Origin: an uncultured Verrucomicrobiae bacterium
GTDB lineage: Bacteria > Verrucomicrobiota > Verrucomicrobiia > Chthoniobacterales > JAFAMB01
Assembly (NCBI GenBank): GCA_963813025.1
Contig: CAWEXO010000009.1
Span: 32,001 to 96,000 of the forward strand
Reading direction: 5' to 3'
Length of the DNA: 64,000 bases
Shown: positions 31,998 to 40,549 of the stretch, piece by piece
Numbering within the stretch: position 1 is the stretch's first letter
Layout: every line of letters starts with the position of its first letter
Program-made: the position numbers and the translations under genes
Notes under the pieces: model-generated
What the model was told of the DNA's origin: nothing
The model's database searches: none
Seen by the model: the letters and a program-made list of their open reading frames with translations, nothing else

Positions 31998-32033
31998 GTT
32001 TCGCGTTTCTGGTTTCGCGTTTCAAGTTTCACG
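31990..32033. repeat. Heptamer tract (TTTCACG/TTTCGCG)
   Basis: CGTTTCACGTTTCGCGTTTCTGGTTTCGCGTTTCAAGTTTCACG. Related tracts at about 39983-40013, 43357-43389, 57118-57167 and 57324-57367. Confidence 0.8.
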
Positions 32034-32064
32034 ACTGCAATCCTTTACTCCGCTCGTGCCGCTT

Positions 32065-32092
32065 AGATTAGGGACGGGGCCGTCCGCGCTAC
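32065..32092 (-). repeat. Single REP, family A
   Basis: Reverse strand reads GTAGCGCGGACGGCCCCGTCCCTAATCT, nearly identical to 49074-49101. Confidence 0.8.
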
Positions 32093-32169
32093 GCCAGCCG
32101 CTCGGCCCGCTCACACCGACCGCTCTCATTGCTTTCATCCTTTTCCTATGGTAACACGCTTGCTTCTCT

Positions 32170-33483
32170 ATGGCTTTCTCCTATCAGCAGACTCTGGCCA
32201 AGAGCGCTAGTCTAACGGGAACCTCTCTGCACACCGGTCAGCAAGTGGTCCTGACCTTGCGCCCGGCACCGGTCGATCACGGAATCAAGTTCAAACGAAT
32301 TGATCTGCCGGACGAACCACTGATCGACGCAAAGATCGAGAACCTGAAATTGGTCGAGCGCGCCACGACTATTGCCGAAGGCAACGTCAAAGTGCACACC
32401 GTCGAGCATATCTTATCCGCGCTGAGCGGGATGGGAGTCGACAATGCAACCATCGAGATGGACGCGAATGAACCGCCGATCGGCGATGGCAGCGCGTGGC
32501 CCTATGTGGAGTTGATCCGTCGTTGTGGCTTGGAGAATCAATCAAGTTTGCGCCGTTCTTTTGAAGTGCGCGAACCCTTACACATTGAGACCAAGACCGG
32601 TTCACTGCTTACCATTGTGCCGGATGATAAATTTCGGATCTCCTGCACGCAGGTTGGACCGGGCGGACGGTACACCCAGTATCATTCGACCGAGATCACG
32701 CCCGAGATCTACGAAAAGGAAATCGCCCGAGCGCGGACCTTTACCTTTTACGAGGACATAAAGCCATTGCTCGACAAAGGCTTGATCCGGGGAGGGAGTC
32801 TGGAGAACGCCGTGGTCATCCGGGGTGAATCCGTCATGAGCAAAGAGCCGTTGCGTTATCCCGATGAATTCGTCCGGCACAAGATCCTCGACATTATTGG
32901 GGACGTCTTTCTGGCGGGCTGCCGGTTGACTGGTCACATCATCGCCGTGAAACCTGGGCATGGCCCGAATGGCGAGCTCACGAAAGCGCTGGCCAAGCGT
33001 TATTCGCAAAGGTTAGCGATGGTGCCGCCTCAGGTGATTCCTCGCGGCTCCGACGTGATGGACACCCAAGACATCATGGCGGTGCTCCCGCATCGTTACC
33101 CATTCCTCATGGTTGATCGGGTCCTTTCCTTTGAAGGCGAGAGCAAGGTCGTCGGAATGAAGTGCGTCACGATCAATGAGCCGTTTTTTCAGGGGCATTT
33201 TCCGGGGCATCCGGTGATGCCGGGAGTGCTCCAGGTCGAAGCGATGGCGCAACTTGCCAGCATCTTGCTGAGAAAACAGAATACGATCACCAGTGGCATC
33301 GGCTACTTCATGAGCGCCGATGGAGTCAAATTCCGGAAGCCGGTTCTGCCTGGCGATACGCTGATCATTGAGGCCGAGTTGCTTCGAGCAAAGGGCAATA
33401 TCGGTAAAGCCGCGGCTCGCTGCCTGGTTAATGGTGAAGTCAGTTCAGAAGCCACCTTGATGTTTGCTTTTGTGGCGCAATGA
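32170..33483 (+). CDS. lpxC-fabZ: Bifunctional LpxC deacetylase / FabZ dehydratase
   Basis: LpxC motifs HTVEHILSAL and RHKILDIIGD; FabZ motifs LPHRYPFLMVD and FQGHFPGHPVMPGVLQVEAMAQ. Confidence 0.95.
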   Translation: MAFSYQQTLAKSASLTGTSLHTGQQVVLTLRPAPVDHGIKFKRIDLPDEPLIDAKIENLKLVERATTIAEGNVKVHTVEHILSALSGMGVDNATIEMDANEPPIGDGSAWPYVELIRRCGLENQSSLRRSFEVREPLHIETKTGSLLTIVPDDKFRISCTQVGPGGRYTQYHSTEITPEIYEKEIARARTFTFYEDIKPLLDKGLIRGGSLENAVVIRGESVMSKEPLRYPDEFVRHKILDIIGDVFLAGCRLTGHIIAVKPGHGPNGELTKALAKRYSQRLAMVPPQVIPRGSDVMDTQDIMAVLPHRYPFLMVDRVLSFEGESKVVGMKCVTINEPFFQGHFPGHPVMPGVLQVEAMAQLASILLRKQNTITSGIGYFMSADGVKFRKPVLPGDTLIIEAELLRAKGNIGKAAARCLVNGEVSSEATLMFAFVAQ

Positions 33484-34250
33484 GCATCCACCCCAGCGCG
33501 ATCGTGGATCCGGCGGCCAACCTGGGCGAGGACGTCGTGGTCGGCCCCTATTGCGTGATTGGTCCTGAAGTTTCCCTCGGTGACGGATGCTGGCTGCAAA
33601 ACCACGTCGCGCTTTACGGCCCGACTAAAATTGGTCCGAACAACCGGTTTTACGCTTTCAGCTCGATCGGCCAACGGAGCCAGGATCTCAAGTACTCGGG
33701 CGAGCCGACTTACCTGGAGATCGGCTCGGATAACACGTTTCGAGAATTTGTTACAGTCAATCGCGCGACCAGCATTGGGGGGACGACTCGGATTGGCAAC
33801 GAAGGAAACTTTCTCGCCTACAGCCATGTAGCGCATGACTGTCAGGTCGGAGACCGGGTTGTCTTTTCCAATAACGGTACGCTCGCCGGACATGTGATAG
33901 TCGGCGAGTACGCTGTGCTTGGCGGTCTGACGGCGGTCCATCAATTCTGCCGTATCGGCAAACACTCAATCACGGGCGGCTGTTCGAAAATCGTCCAGGA
34001 TGTGCCGCCATTCATGATTGCCGATGGCAATCCCGCGGTAATTCGCGGCATCAACCTGGTAGGTCTGGAGCGGCGCGGCTACAATCCTGAGAGCATGCGG
34101 ATTTTGAAAGAGAGTTATCGTATCCTCTATCGCTCCAATCTGAATACCAAACAGGCGATTGAAGAGTTGCGGCATAGTTTTCCGAACTCGACGGAGATTA
34201 GCGCGTTGGTTGAGTTTCTGGAGACGACTGATCGCGGGATCGTGCGGTGA
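33480..34250 (+). CDS. lpxA: Acyl-ACP--UDP-GlcNAc O-acyltransferase
   Basis: IHPSAIVDP, QDLKY, HVAHDC, VHQFCRIG and GINLVGLERRG. Confidence 0.96.
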   Translation: MSIHPSAIVDPAANLGEDVVVGPYCVIGPEVSLGDGCWLQNHVALYGPTKIGPNNRFYAFSSIGQRSQDLKYSGEPTYLEIGSDNTFREFVTVNRATSIGGTTRIGNEGNFLAYSHVAHDCQVGDRVVFSNNGTLAGHVIVGEYAVLGGLTAVHQFCRIGKHSITGGCSKIVQDVPPFMIADGNPAVIRGINLVGLERRGYNPESMRILKESYRILYRSNLNTKQAIEELRHSFPNSTEISALVEFLETTDRGIVR

Positions 34251-34311
34251 CAGTGGATGCTGAGCCGCGAAGAGAGCAAAGGCAGTTCTCTAGTTCGCAG
34301 CGCACTCCAAA

Positions 34312-34974
34312 CTAGTTCGGCTTGCCCGGACGAGATTTGACGATCGTATCGGCCGGAAGCACGCCGCCAAAGTTAAGCTGCGGATAAACCAAACTGTTGC
34401 GGCCCACAATGGTTCCCGGATTGAGAACAGTGTGGCATCCGATCTCTGACTTGTCGCCAATGATCGCCCCGAACTTGCGAAGCCCAGTCTGGATTTGTTG
34501 ATCGTTCACCCGAACTACAATTTCTTTTCGATCAAGGCGGATGTTGGACAGGATAACGCCGGCGCCGAGATGACTTTTAAAGCCGAGGATCGAGTCACCG
34601 ACATAATTAAAATGCGGAATCTGCGCGCCATTGAAGATAAGGCAATTTTTGAACTCGCAGGAATTCCCAAGAACAACGCCATCTCCCACGATGACATTTT
34701 CCCGGATGTAACAACCACTGCGGATCTGACAATCGTTGCCAATCCAGGCGGGCCCGAGCAGGGTCGCGCCATTTTCAACGGTGGTACCATGGCCAACGTA
34801 TATCGCCGAACTGATATGAGGGCGCCCAATAATGCGCCCATGAACGGCCGGCTTGAGCCGGAATTGCAGGTAACTGGCAATTTGTTTGAGCGCGTCCCAA
34901 ACCTGGGGGCTGTTGTCGAGTAAAGTCCGGTGTTCGGTCTGAGTGAGGTCGAAGTAGTCGGTCGGGGTAAACAT
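34312..34974 (-). CDS. Hexapeptide-repeat acyltransferase (GlmU C-terminal-like)
   Basis: YIRENVIVG, GNSCEFKN, PHFNYVGDSILG and TGLRKFGAIIGD. Confidence 0.85.
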   Translation of the reverse strand: MFTPTDYFDLTQTEHRTLLDNSPQVWDALKQIASYLQFRLKPAVHGRIIGRPHISSAIYVGHGTTVENGATLLGPAWIGNDCQIRSGCYIRENVIVGDGVVLGNSCEFKNCLIFNGAQIPHFNYVGDSILGFKSHLGAGVILSNIRLDRKEIVVRVNDQQIQTGLRKFGAIIGDKSEIGCHTVLNPGTIVGRNSLVYPQLNFGGVLPADTIVKSRPGKPN

Positions 34975-35016
34975 TTTGCGGAGGAGAGCATACAGAGTGG
35001 AGCAGGTGAACAGCAA

Positions 35017-35061
35017 GTGTCAGTGCTGCTAGTGCCAGTGTCAGTGCTAGTGCCAGTGTCA
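35017..35061 (-). repeat. Hexamer microsatellite (GCACTA/G family)
   Basis: GTGTCAGTGCTGCTAGTGCCAGTGTCAGTGCTAGTGCCAGTGTCA. Confidence 0.85.
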
Positions 35062-35105
35062 ACAACGTTTAAATGGCCCTGTGCCGGTAGATACGGTCTT
35101 GGATG

Positions 35106-35400
35106 TCAAGGGCATTGGTTTAAGGAATGGCGGGCCAGGTTAGGGTTGTAGGGTTGTTGGTGAGAGAGAACACCGAAGGCGATGTGCAGGAGTTTTCGCA
35201 TGACGGCACCGCGGATAGCCAGGGAGTGGAGCTTGCGCGACTCGAGACCTGCGGCCCATTGCTGGATGGGTTTGCACCAGCGGCGAGCAACGGCGGCCGG
35301 CAAATAGAGTGCTTTGCGCAGGAAAGCGTTGCCGATTTTGCACAGGGTGGTTTTGCCGTAGAGCGAGACACCGGAACGGAATTCAGAAGGAGTCAGCCCA
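35106..35400 (-). pseudogene. C-terminal fragment of IS110 recombinase
   Basis: GLTPSEFRSG (catalytic-Ser loop), KIGNAFLRKALYLPA and AVMRKLLHIAFGVL. The N-terminal DEDD domain is absent on both sides of the IS3. Confidence 0.9.
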
Positions 35401-35443
35401 TGTACTTGCCCCGAAAAAACGGACTCGAAATATGATCGGTTGG

Positions 35444-36481
35444 TTAGCTTAGTTTCTCGTGGGTTGCAAGGCAGAAGGCTGCACTTCGGGCAAGGTCGCA
35501 ATCCGGCATAAACGGCAGCCTTCCCGCGCTTTCGCGCGGGCCCCTGCCATTTATTCCGTTTGCTCGTTTGCCCTTCGTTTCACCTTCTGCGGAAGGGGTA
35601 GCCATCACTTTTTCCTTCGAAAAAGTTGTTCTCTGTTTCTGTTGGTAAGCCGCTTCGTATTGGCGGGGCGTTTGATATCCTAACGCGCTGTGGAGACGTT
35701 TGTTGTTGTAGTAGACCTCGATGTATTCGAAGATGGTACTCCGGGCTTGAGCCTTGGAAGCGAAGCAGTTGGTCACCGGAAAACATTCGGTTTTTAACGT
35801 ACTGAAAAAGGCTTCCATCTTGGCGTTGTCATAGCAATTGCCGGCGCCACTCATGCTCTGGCAGGCTTGGATGACCTCCAGCGGTTTGCGCACTGCTTGG
35901 CTGGTATACTGACAGCCCCGATCGGTGTGAAAATATAGCCCCGGTGGTGGTTGGCGCAGCACCAGGGCGTTGTGGAGCGCTCTGACCACCAGACTGGCCT
36001 CCAGGCTCTCGGCCAGCTTCCAGCCCACCACCCGGCGACTAAAGAGGTCCAGAATAATCGCCAGATAAAGCCAGCCTTCGGCCGTCGCGACATAGGTGAT
36101 ATCACTCAGCCAAATCTGATCTGGCCCCTCGGAGACAAGCTCCGCAATCCGATTGGGTTCGGCCTCTTGGCCAGCCACGGTTGTCCGGGGACGAAAAGCA
36201 CGTTTTTTCCGAGCCATCAGCTTCTGCTCCCGCATGAGCCGAGCGACCCGATTCTTCCCCACTCGCCGGCCGGCAGCGCGCAAAGCCAAGGTGACTCGTG
36301 GACTGCCGTAACGTTGCTCATTTTGCGCGAAGATTTCCTGAATCTCGCTGAGCAATTGAGCTTCTGCTCGGGCGCGCTGGGTGACTTCCCCTTTTTTCCA
36401 CTGGTAATACCCGCTGCGCGATACCCCAAGAGCGGCGCAACTTTCCTTGAGGCCATACTGAACCGAGAGCCCTTCAATCAT
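35444..36481 (-). CDS. IS3 transposase OrfB (DDE integrase core)
   Basis: YGSPRV, WLSDITYV, HTDRGCQY, DNAKMEAFFSTLKTE and YNNKRLHSALGY. Joined to OrfA by a -1 shift at the A7 run 36523-36529 (reads KKSDEHPGGRTESRYA-MIEG). Confidence 0.93.
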   Translation of the reverse strand: MIEGLSVQYGLKESCAALGVSRSGYYQWKKGEVTQRARAEAQLLSEIQEIFAQNEQRYGSPRVTLALRAAGRRVGKNRVARLMREQKLMARKKRAFRPRTTVAGQEAEPNRIAELVSEGPDQIWLSDITYVATAEGWLYLAIILDLFSRRVVGWKLAESLEASLVVRALHNALVLRQPPPGLYFHTDRGCQYTSQAVRKPLEVIQACQSMSGAGNCYDNAKMEAFFSTLKTECFPVTNCFASKAQARSTIFEYIEVYYNNKRLHSALGYQTPRQYEAAYQQKQRTTFSKEKVMATPSAEGETKGKRANGINGRGPRESAGRLPFMPDCDLARSAAFCLATHEKLS

Positions 36482-36809
36482 CGCATACCGGGATTCGGTT
36501 CTTCCCCCAGGATGCTCATCGCTTTTTTTAAGATTTCCCGTTGGCGTTTGAGATACTCAATCTCTTTGTGCTGCTGCCGAATCAGCTCCGCCATTTCTTC
36601 AGGACTTTTCATCTCCCCGTTGATCTCGGCGGGCACTTGCTGGCCCAGATACGCCTTTTTCCAGAGGTTTAAACTGTACGCGCTGACGTCCAGCTCCCGG
36701 GCCACTCGCCGCTGTGTTTTGCCGCTGTGGATGATCAGTTCCACCGCTTGGCGTTTGAATTCTTCCCCGTATCGACGGGCCATTTTACTCTTCTTCACGG
36801 TCTCGTTCA
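36478..36809 (-). CDS. IS3 transposase OrfA (HTH)
   Basis: RRYGEEFKRQAV..VARELDVS..LKRQREILKKA. Confidence 0.9.
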
Positions 36810-36911
36810 TTTTACTTTGAGTTCCCGTGTCCGCCAATTCGGGGGAGGTTCAGACAGGAATTCGCGTTGAATTGGTTCTTTGTTTGATGAAGCGCTTGGG
36901 CGCGCGCCTGC

Positions 36912-37112
36912 TGACAGAGCCTTGTGAACACGGGCTTATGTTCCAACCCTGTTTGGAACGGCCTAAGATACGGTACGGTCTTATGCAGGTGCGGCACGAG
37001 GAAGGGTGGACTAATCTACCGGACAGGTTCTACCGACCTTTGGGCGAGGCAGTTTTCCACCCTCCTCGGCCAAGTTCTTCACTTCCAGAGTTCCGCCCTT
37101 GCGGGCGGCTTT
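36912..37112 (-). ncRNA. Predicted bridge RNA of IS110 element A
   Basis: 5' hairpin, then a target loop (CCUCGCCCA 37049-37041; UCCGGUAG 37023-37016) closed by GAGGAGGGUGGA/UCCACCCUUCCUC, then a donor loop (ACCGUAUCU 36974-36966; ACAAG 36925-36921). Ends are approximate. Confidence 0.88.
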
Positions 37113-37147
37113 AAAAGGGAAAAAAATTTGGTGGGGCAAGGTACAAG

Positions 37148-37258
37148 GGCGAAAATTTATTTGAGCCGGATGCTGGAGTTGCCACCTCTAACGCCCGGCT
37201 CAAACAAGTTCTCGCCTGGCGCTCGTCCGCCAAGGCGGATCGCCCTACCGGCACAGGG
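37148..37258. repeat. Remainder of the family C REPIN split by IS110-A
   Basis: With 35078-35090 it forms CCCTGTGCCGGTAGGGCGA...TCGCCCTACCGGCACAGGG and has the same internal palindrome as 17204-17330. Confidence 0.88.
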
Positions 37259-37363
37259 CAAAGGAAGTGCGTCCACCCCTGAACCCGCGCGCCTCAAAAA
37301 AAGTAGTCGAAGCTCTAAGTCGCTCGACGCGCCGCCTGCCTCGGCGGCCACTAGCACTAGCAC

Positions 37364-38491
37364 TAGTGCCTAATTGCGTAAGTTAGTTATATGTATGGCG
37401 ACTTTCCCCTGATGTACCTGGGATTTGGTCCATTCGAAGGGAGCCGCATTGTTATTGTAGTTCTTGATGAAGGTGTCGATGGCGTTGCGCAGCTCTGCCA
37501 CGCTGGTGAAGTTTGCCCCCTGGAGGGCTTGGCGGCTCAAGATACTAAACCAGATCTCAATCTGGTTGAGCCAAGAAGCGTGGGTTGGAGTGAAATGAAA
37601 ATGCACATTGGGGTGAGCCTTCAACCAGCGATCTTGCTTTGGCTTATGGGTCGCAAGGTTGTCTAAGACCACATGAATTTCTTTGTCGAGATTTCCGGCA
37701 ACTACCTGGTTCATAAACTCCAGGAATTCCCGTCGGCGCTGGCGCCGGTAATGACCAGCCTGCACTTGGCCGCTGGCAATGTTGAGGGCGGCAAAGAGAG
37801 TGGAGGTGCCATGGCGCTTGTACTCGTGGCTAAAACCCGTCAGCGCCCTGCCATTGGGCAAGCGAATCCAACCTTGGGCTCTTTCCAGGGCTTGAATGGC
37901 TGGTTTTTCATCAATGGCCAAGATGAGCGCATTCTGGGGCGGATTGAGATAAAGACCGACAATGTCAGCGGCCTTGCGCACAAACTCCGGATCGGTGGAA
38001 ATGCACCAGCTGCGGCGCCGTTCCAATTCAATGCCTTGTTGGCGCAAAATGCGCCAGACTTGATCGGAGGAAACATCGGCCAGACTCTGCGCCAGCAGTC
38101 GCCCATTCCAGCGCCCGTAGCCCGCCGGTGGATCTTCATCCAGCAGCGCCAAGACCCGCTTGACCGTCATTTGATCATACTTGGCCGGCTTTCCACTGCG
38201 TGGCGCGTCTTCCAAGCCAGCCAGGCCTTGGCGCACAAAGCGCCGCCGCCATTTACTCACCGTCACCTCGGGAATGCGCAGGCTCTTGGCAATCGCACGT
38301 CCACTCAAGCCCGCTGCCGCCTTCAAGATAATCTGACTCCTGACCTTGAGCCGGTGTTCGACCCGTTGCGCTCGACTCCAACCCTCCAAGAGCTTGCGGT
38401 TTTCCACAGAAAGTTTGATGCGACCCGTTGCCATCCATCCAACAAATCATAATTTTTCATAAATATAAAGAACTAAAGCAACTAAGTACTA
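37364..38491 (-). mobile_element. IS630-family insertion sequence inside a hexamer microsatellite
   Basis: IRs TAGTGCCTAATTGCGTAAGTTAGTTAT / TAGTACTTAGTTGCTTTAGTTCTTTAT with TA duplicated in CTAG. The empty site reads CACTAGCACTAGCAC[TA]GCACTGACACTGAC. Confidence 0.92.
37370..38434 (-). CDS. IS630 transposase
   Basis: HTH region, IDEK, YKRHGT, VLDNLATHK and SWLNQIEIWF. Confidence 0.95.
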   Translation of the reverse strand: MATGRIKLSVENRKLLEGWSRAQRVEHRLKVRSQIILKAAAGLSGRAIAKSLRIPEVTVSKWRRRFVRQGLAGLEDAPRSGKPAKYDQMTVKRVLALLDEDPPAGYGRWNGRLLAQSLADVSSDQVWRILRQQGIELERRRSWCISTDPEFVRKAADIVGLYLNPPQNALILAIDEKPAIQALERAQGWIRLPNGRALTGFSHEYKRHGTSTLFAALNIASGQVQAGHYRRQRRREFLEFMNQVVAGNLDKEIHVVLDNLATHKPKQDRWLKAHPNVHFHFTPTHASWLNQIEIWFSILSRQALQGANFTSVAELRNAIDTFIKNYNNNAAPFEWTKSQVHQGKVAIHITNLRN

Positions 38492-38509
38492 GCACTGACA
38501 CTGACCTCC

Positions 38510-39913
38510 CTACATCCGACGTGTCAGCTTGGGCCCTTCCTTCGTGTCTTTCACATTCCAACCAAGATCCTCGATTTGTTGACGGAGCTGGTCGCTCGTT
38601 TTCCAATTCTTGTCGGCGCGGGCAGTCTCCCGCTGTTGCACCAGGAGTTGTACGGCCTGCGGTGTTGCCGATGTTTCCTCTTGCAGTTGCAGAACAGCGT
38701 TGATCCGATTCCACCAGTCAAGAAGCGCAGCCGCCTGGGAAGGAGTAAGCTGTGCATGATCCATCTCTCGGTTAGTCGCCCGGATCTGATTGAACACTTC
38801 GGCCAAGGCAGCTGAAATATTCAGGTCTTCGTCCAGCGCAGCAAAAAAAGCATCGGATTCGGCCGGCAAATACCCTCGATCAGGAATTGCCGAGCCGGCT
38901 ACTTCGCGCAAGCGCTGAAGCCACTCGTCGATCCGTTGCAGGGTCTGCCGCGACTCGACCAACCCGTCAAAAGTAAAATTAAGCGGCAGACGATAGTTTA
39001 CGCGGATGAGAGCGTACCGAACTTCCCGGCCATTGAATCCGCGCGCCAGAACATCGCGGAGAGTATAAAAATTTCCGAGTGATTTAGACATCTTTTGGCC
39101 GTCCACTACCAGATGAGCACTGTGCAGCCAATAGGAAACGAACCGCTCTTGCGTGCAAGATTCAGTCTGGGCAATCTCTGCTTCGTGGTGGGGGAAGATA
39201 TTATCGACGCCGCCACAATGAATATCGAGGTGCGGACCGAGCAGCCGGGTAGCCATCGCGCTGCACTCAATATGCCAACCGGGACGACCGCGACCCCACG
39301 GACTGTCCCAGCCCACGTTGCCATCTTCTTCGTCCCACGCTTTCCACAACGCAAAATCCCCAATCTGTTCTTTCTCGTATTCGTCGCTGCGAATCCGTCC
39401 CGAAGGGCGAAGCTCATCGAGGTTCAAGTGCGCGAGGCGCCCATAGGCGGGAAATCGGTTTATCCGGAAATAAACTGAACCGTCGTCGGCCTGATAGGCG
39501 ATATCCTGCTGTACCAGTTCTTCGATCATGGCGATCATCCGCGCGATGTTTTCGGGATCGGTCGCCGCTGGGAAATGATTCGCGGATTTGATTCGTAAAG
39601 TGTGGCAATCCTCAAAGAACGCCTGTTTGAAAGAGGCCGTAAATTGTTCCAGAGGGATTCCCGCGACGCGGCTGTTCCGGATGGTCTTGTCCTCTACATC
39701 TGTGAGATTCATGACGCGTTCGACCGCAAAGCCGCGGCTTTCCAGATGTCGCTGGAGAAGGTCCTCAAAAATATAGGTCCGGAAATTACCGATATGAGCA
39801 AACGAGTAGACGGTCGGCCCGCAGGTGTAGATTTTCACCTGGCGGCCGGCGGGATCGAGAGGCCGGAAAGCTTCGATCTGGCGCGAGTAAGTATTATGAA
39901 ATCGAATCGGCAT
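38510..39913 (-). CDS. cysS: Cysteine--tRNA ligase
   Basis: CGPTVY, HIGN, PGWHIECSAM, FPHHE and KMSKS. Confidence 0.97.
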   Translation of the reverse strand: MPIRFHNTYSRQIEAFRPLDPAGRQVKIYTCGPTVYSFAHIGNFRTYIFEDLLQRHLESRGFAVERVMNLTDVEDKTIRNSRVAGIPLEQFTASFKQAFFEDCHTLRIKSANHFPAATDPENIARMIAMIEELVQQDIAYQADDGSVYFRINRFPAYGRLAHLNLDELRPSGRIRSDEYEKEQIGDFALWKAWDEEDGNVGWDSPWGRGRPGWHIECSAMATRLLGPHLDIHCGGVDNIFPHHEAEIAQTESCTQERFVSYWLHSAHLVVDGQKMSKSLGNFYTLRDVLARGFNGREVRYALIRVNYRLPLNFTFDGLVESRQTLQRIDEWLQRLREVAGSAIPDRGYLPAESDAFFAALDEDLNISAALAEVFNQIRATNREMDHAQLTPSQAAALLDWWNRINAVLQLQEETSATPQAVQLLVQQRETARADKNWKTSDQLRQQIEDLGWNVKDTKEGPKLTRRM

Positions 39914-40019
39914 GCGTGAACGGCGGCTAATACTTAAGCACAGAAGCGAACCGGCGAGCGATGAGGATCAACAAGACGAGAAGCGTGAAACGCGAAACGC
40001 GGAACGTGAAACGCCTCTT

Positions 40020-40535
40020 TCACACCAAAGTTGTGGGTGATTCTGGCGGAAAGGTCGGATCAACCGATTCGAGACTTACGACCGCCATCGCGGCGATGCC
40101 TTCTTTGCGCCCGATGAAACCAAGGCCTTCGTTCGTTGTCGCCTTGAGTCCAATCCGGCGGGGCGAGATCTGCAGCGTTTGCGCCAATCGTTCCCGCATG
40201 CGAGCAAGATAGGGACTGAGCTTGGGTTCCTCGGCAATCACTGACGAATCGATATTGACGATGGCCAGGCGCTTCGAGGTAAGGATGGCCTGGACTCTTT
40301 GTAAGATATCCTGACTATCCATTCCTTTGTGTCGCGGATCGGTGTTCGGAAAATGGTGACCGATATCGCGTTCACCGGCGGCTCCCAGCAGCGCATCGGC
40401 AATGGCATGACTAAGAACGTCGGCGTCAGAATGTCCATCGAGCCCCTGCACATGGGGAATATCGATTCCTCCGAGGATCAGTTTCCGTCCGGCGACCAGC
40501 CGATGAACATCGTATCCGATTCCGCATAAATTCAT
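40020..40535 (-). CDS. ispF: 2-C-methyl-D-erythritol 2,4-cyclodiphosphate synthase
   Basis: GIGYDVH, GHSDADVLSHA, DIGHHFP and KATTNEGLG. Confidence 0.96.
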   Translation of the reverse strand: MNLCGIGYDVHRLVAGRKLILGGIDIPHVQGLDGHSDADVLSHAIADALLGAAGERDIGHHFPNTDPRHKGMDSQDILQRVQAILTSKRLAIVNIDSSVIAEEPKLSPYLARMRERLAQTLQISPRRIGLKATTNEGLGFIGRKEGIAAMAVVSLESVDPTFPPESPTTLV

Positions 40536-40549
40536 TGTTCGTTCACCAT

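Larger units (their letters stand above)
35401..36852 (-). mobile_element. IS3-family insertion sequence
   Basis: TG...CA ends with imperfect IRs TGAACCTCCCCCGAATTGGCGGACAC / TGTACTTGCCCCGAAAAAACGGACTC; no target duplication. Confidence 0.93.
35089..37147 (-). mobile_element. IS110-family element A (IS621-like), inserted in a REP and disrupted by IS3
   Basis: Minus-strand junctions TTTTCGCC[CT]TGTACC and ACCGTAT[CT]ACCGGCACAG. CT cores at 37146-37147 and 35089-35090. The reconstructed empty site equals 17313-17338. Confidence 0.92.

Noticed and set aside
32170..33483. LpxC-FabZ fusion as a novelty
   Set aside because: This is a known bifunctional architecture in several phyla.
35401..38491. 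Composite transposon formed by IS3 and IS630
   Set aside because: They are different families with independent ends, and there is no shared duplication or cargo gene.
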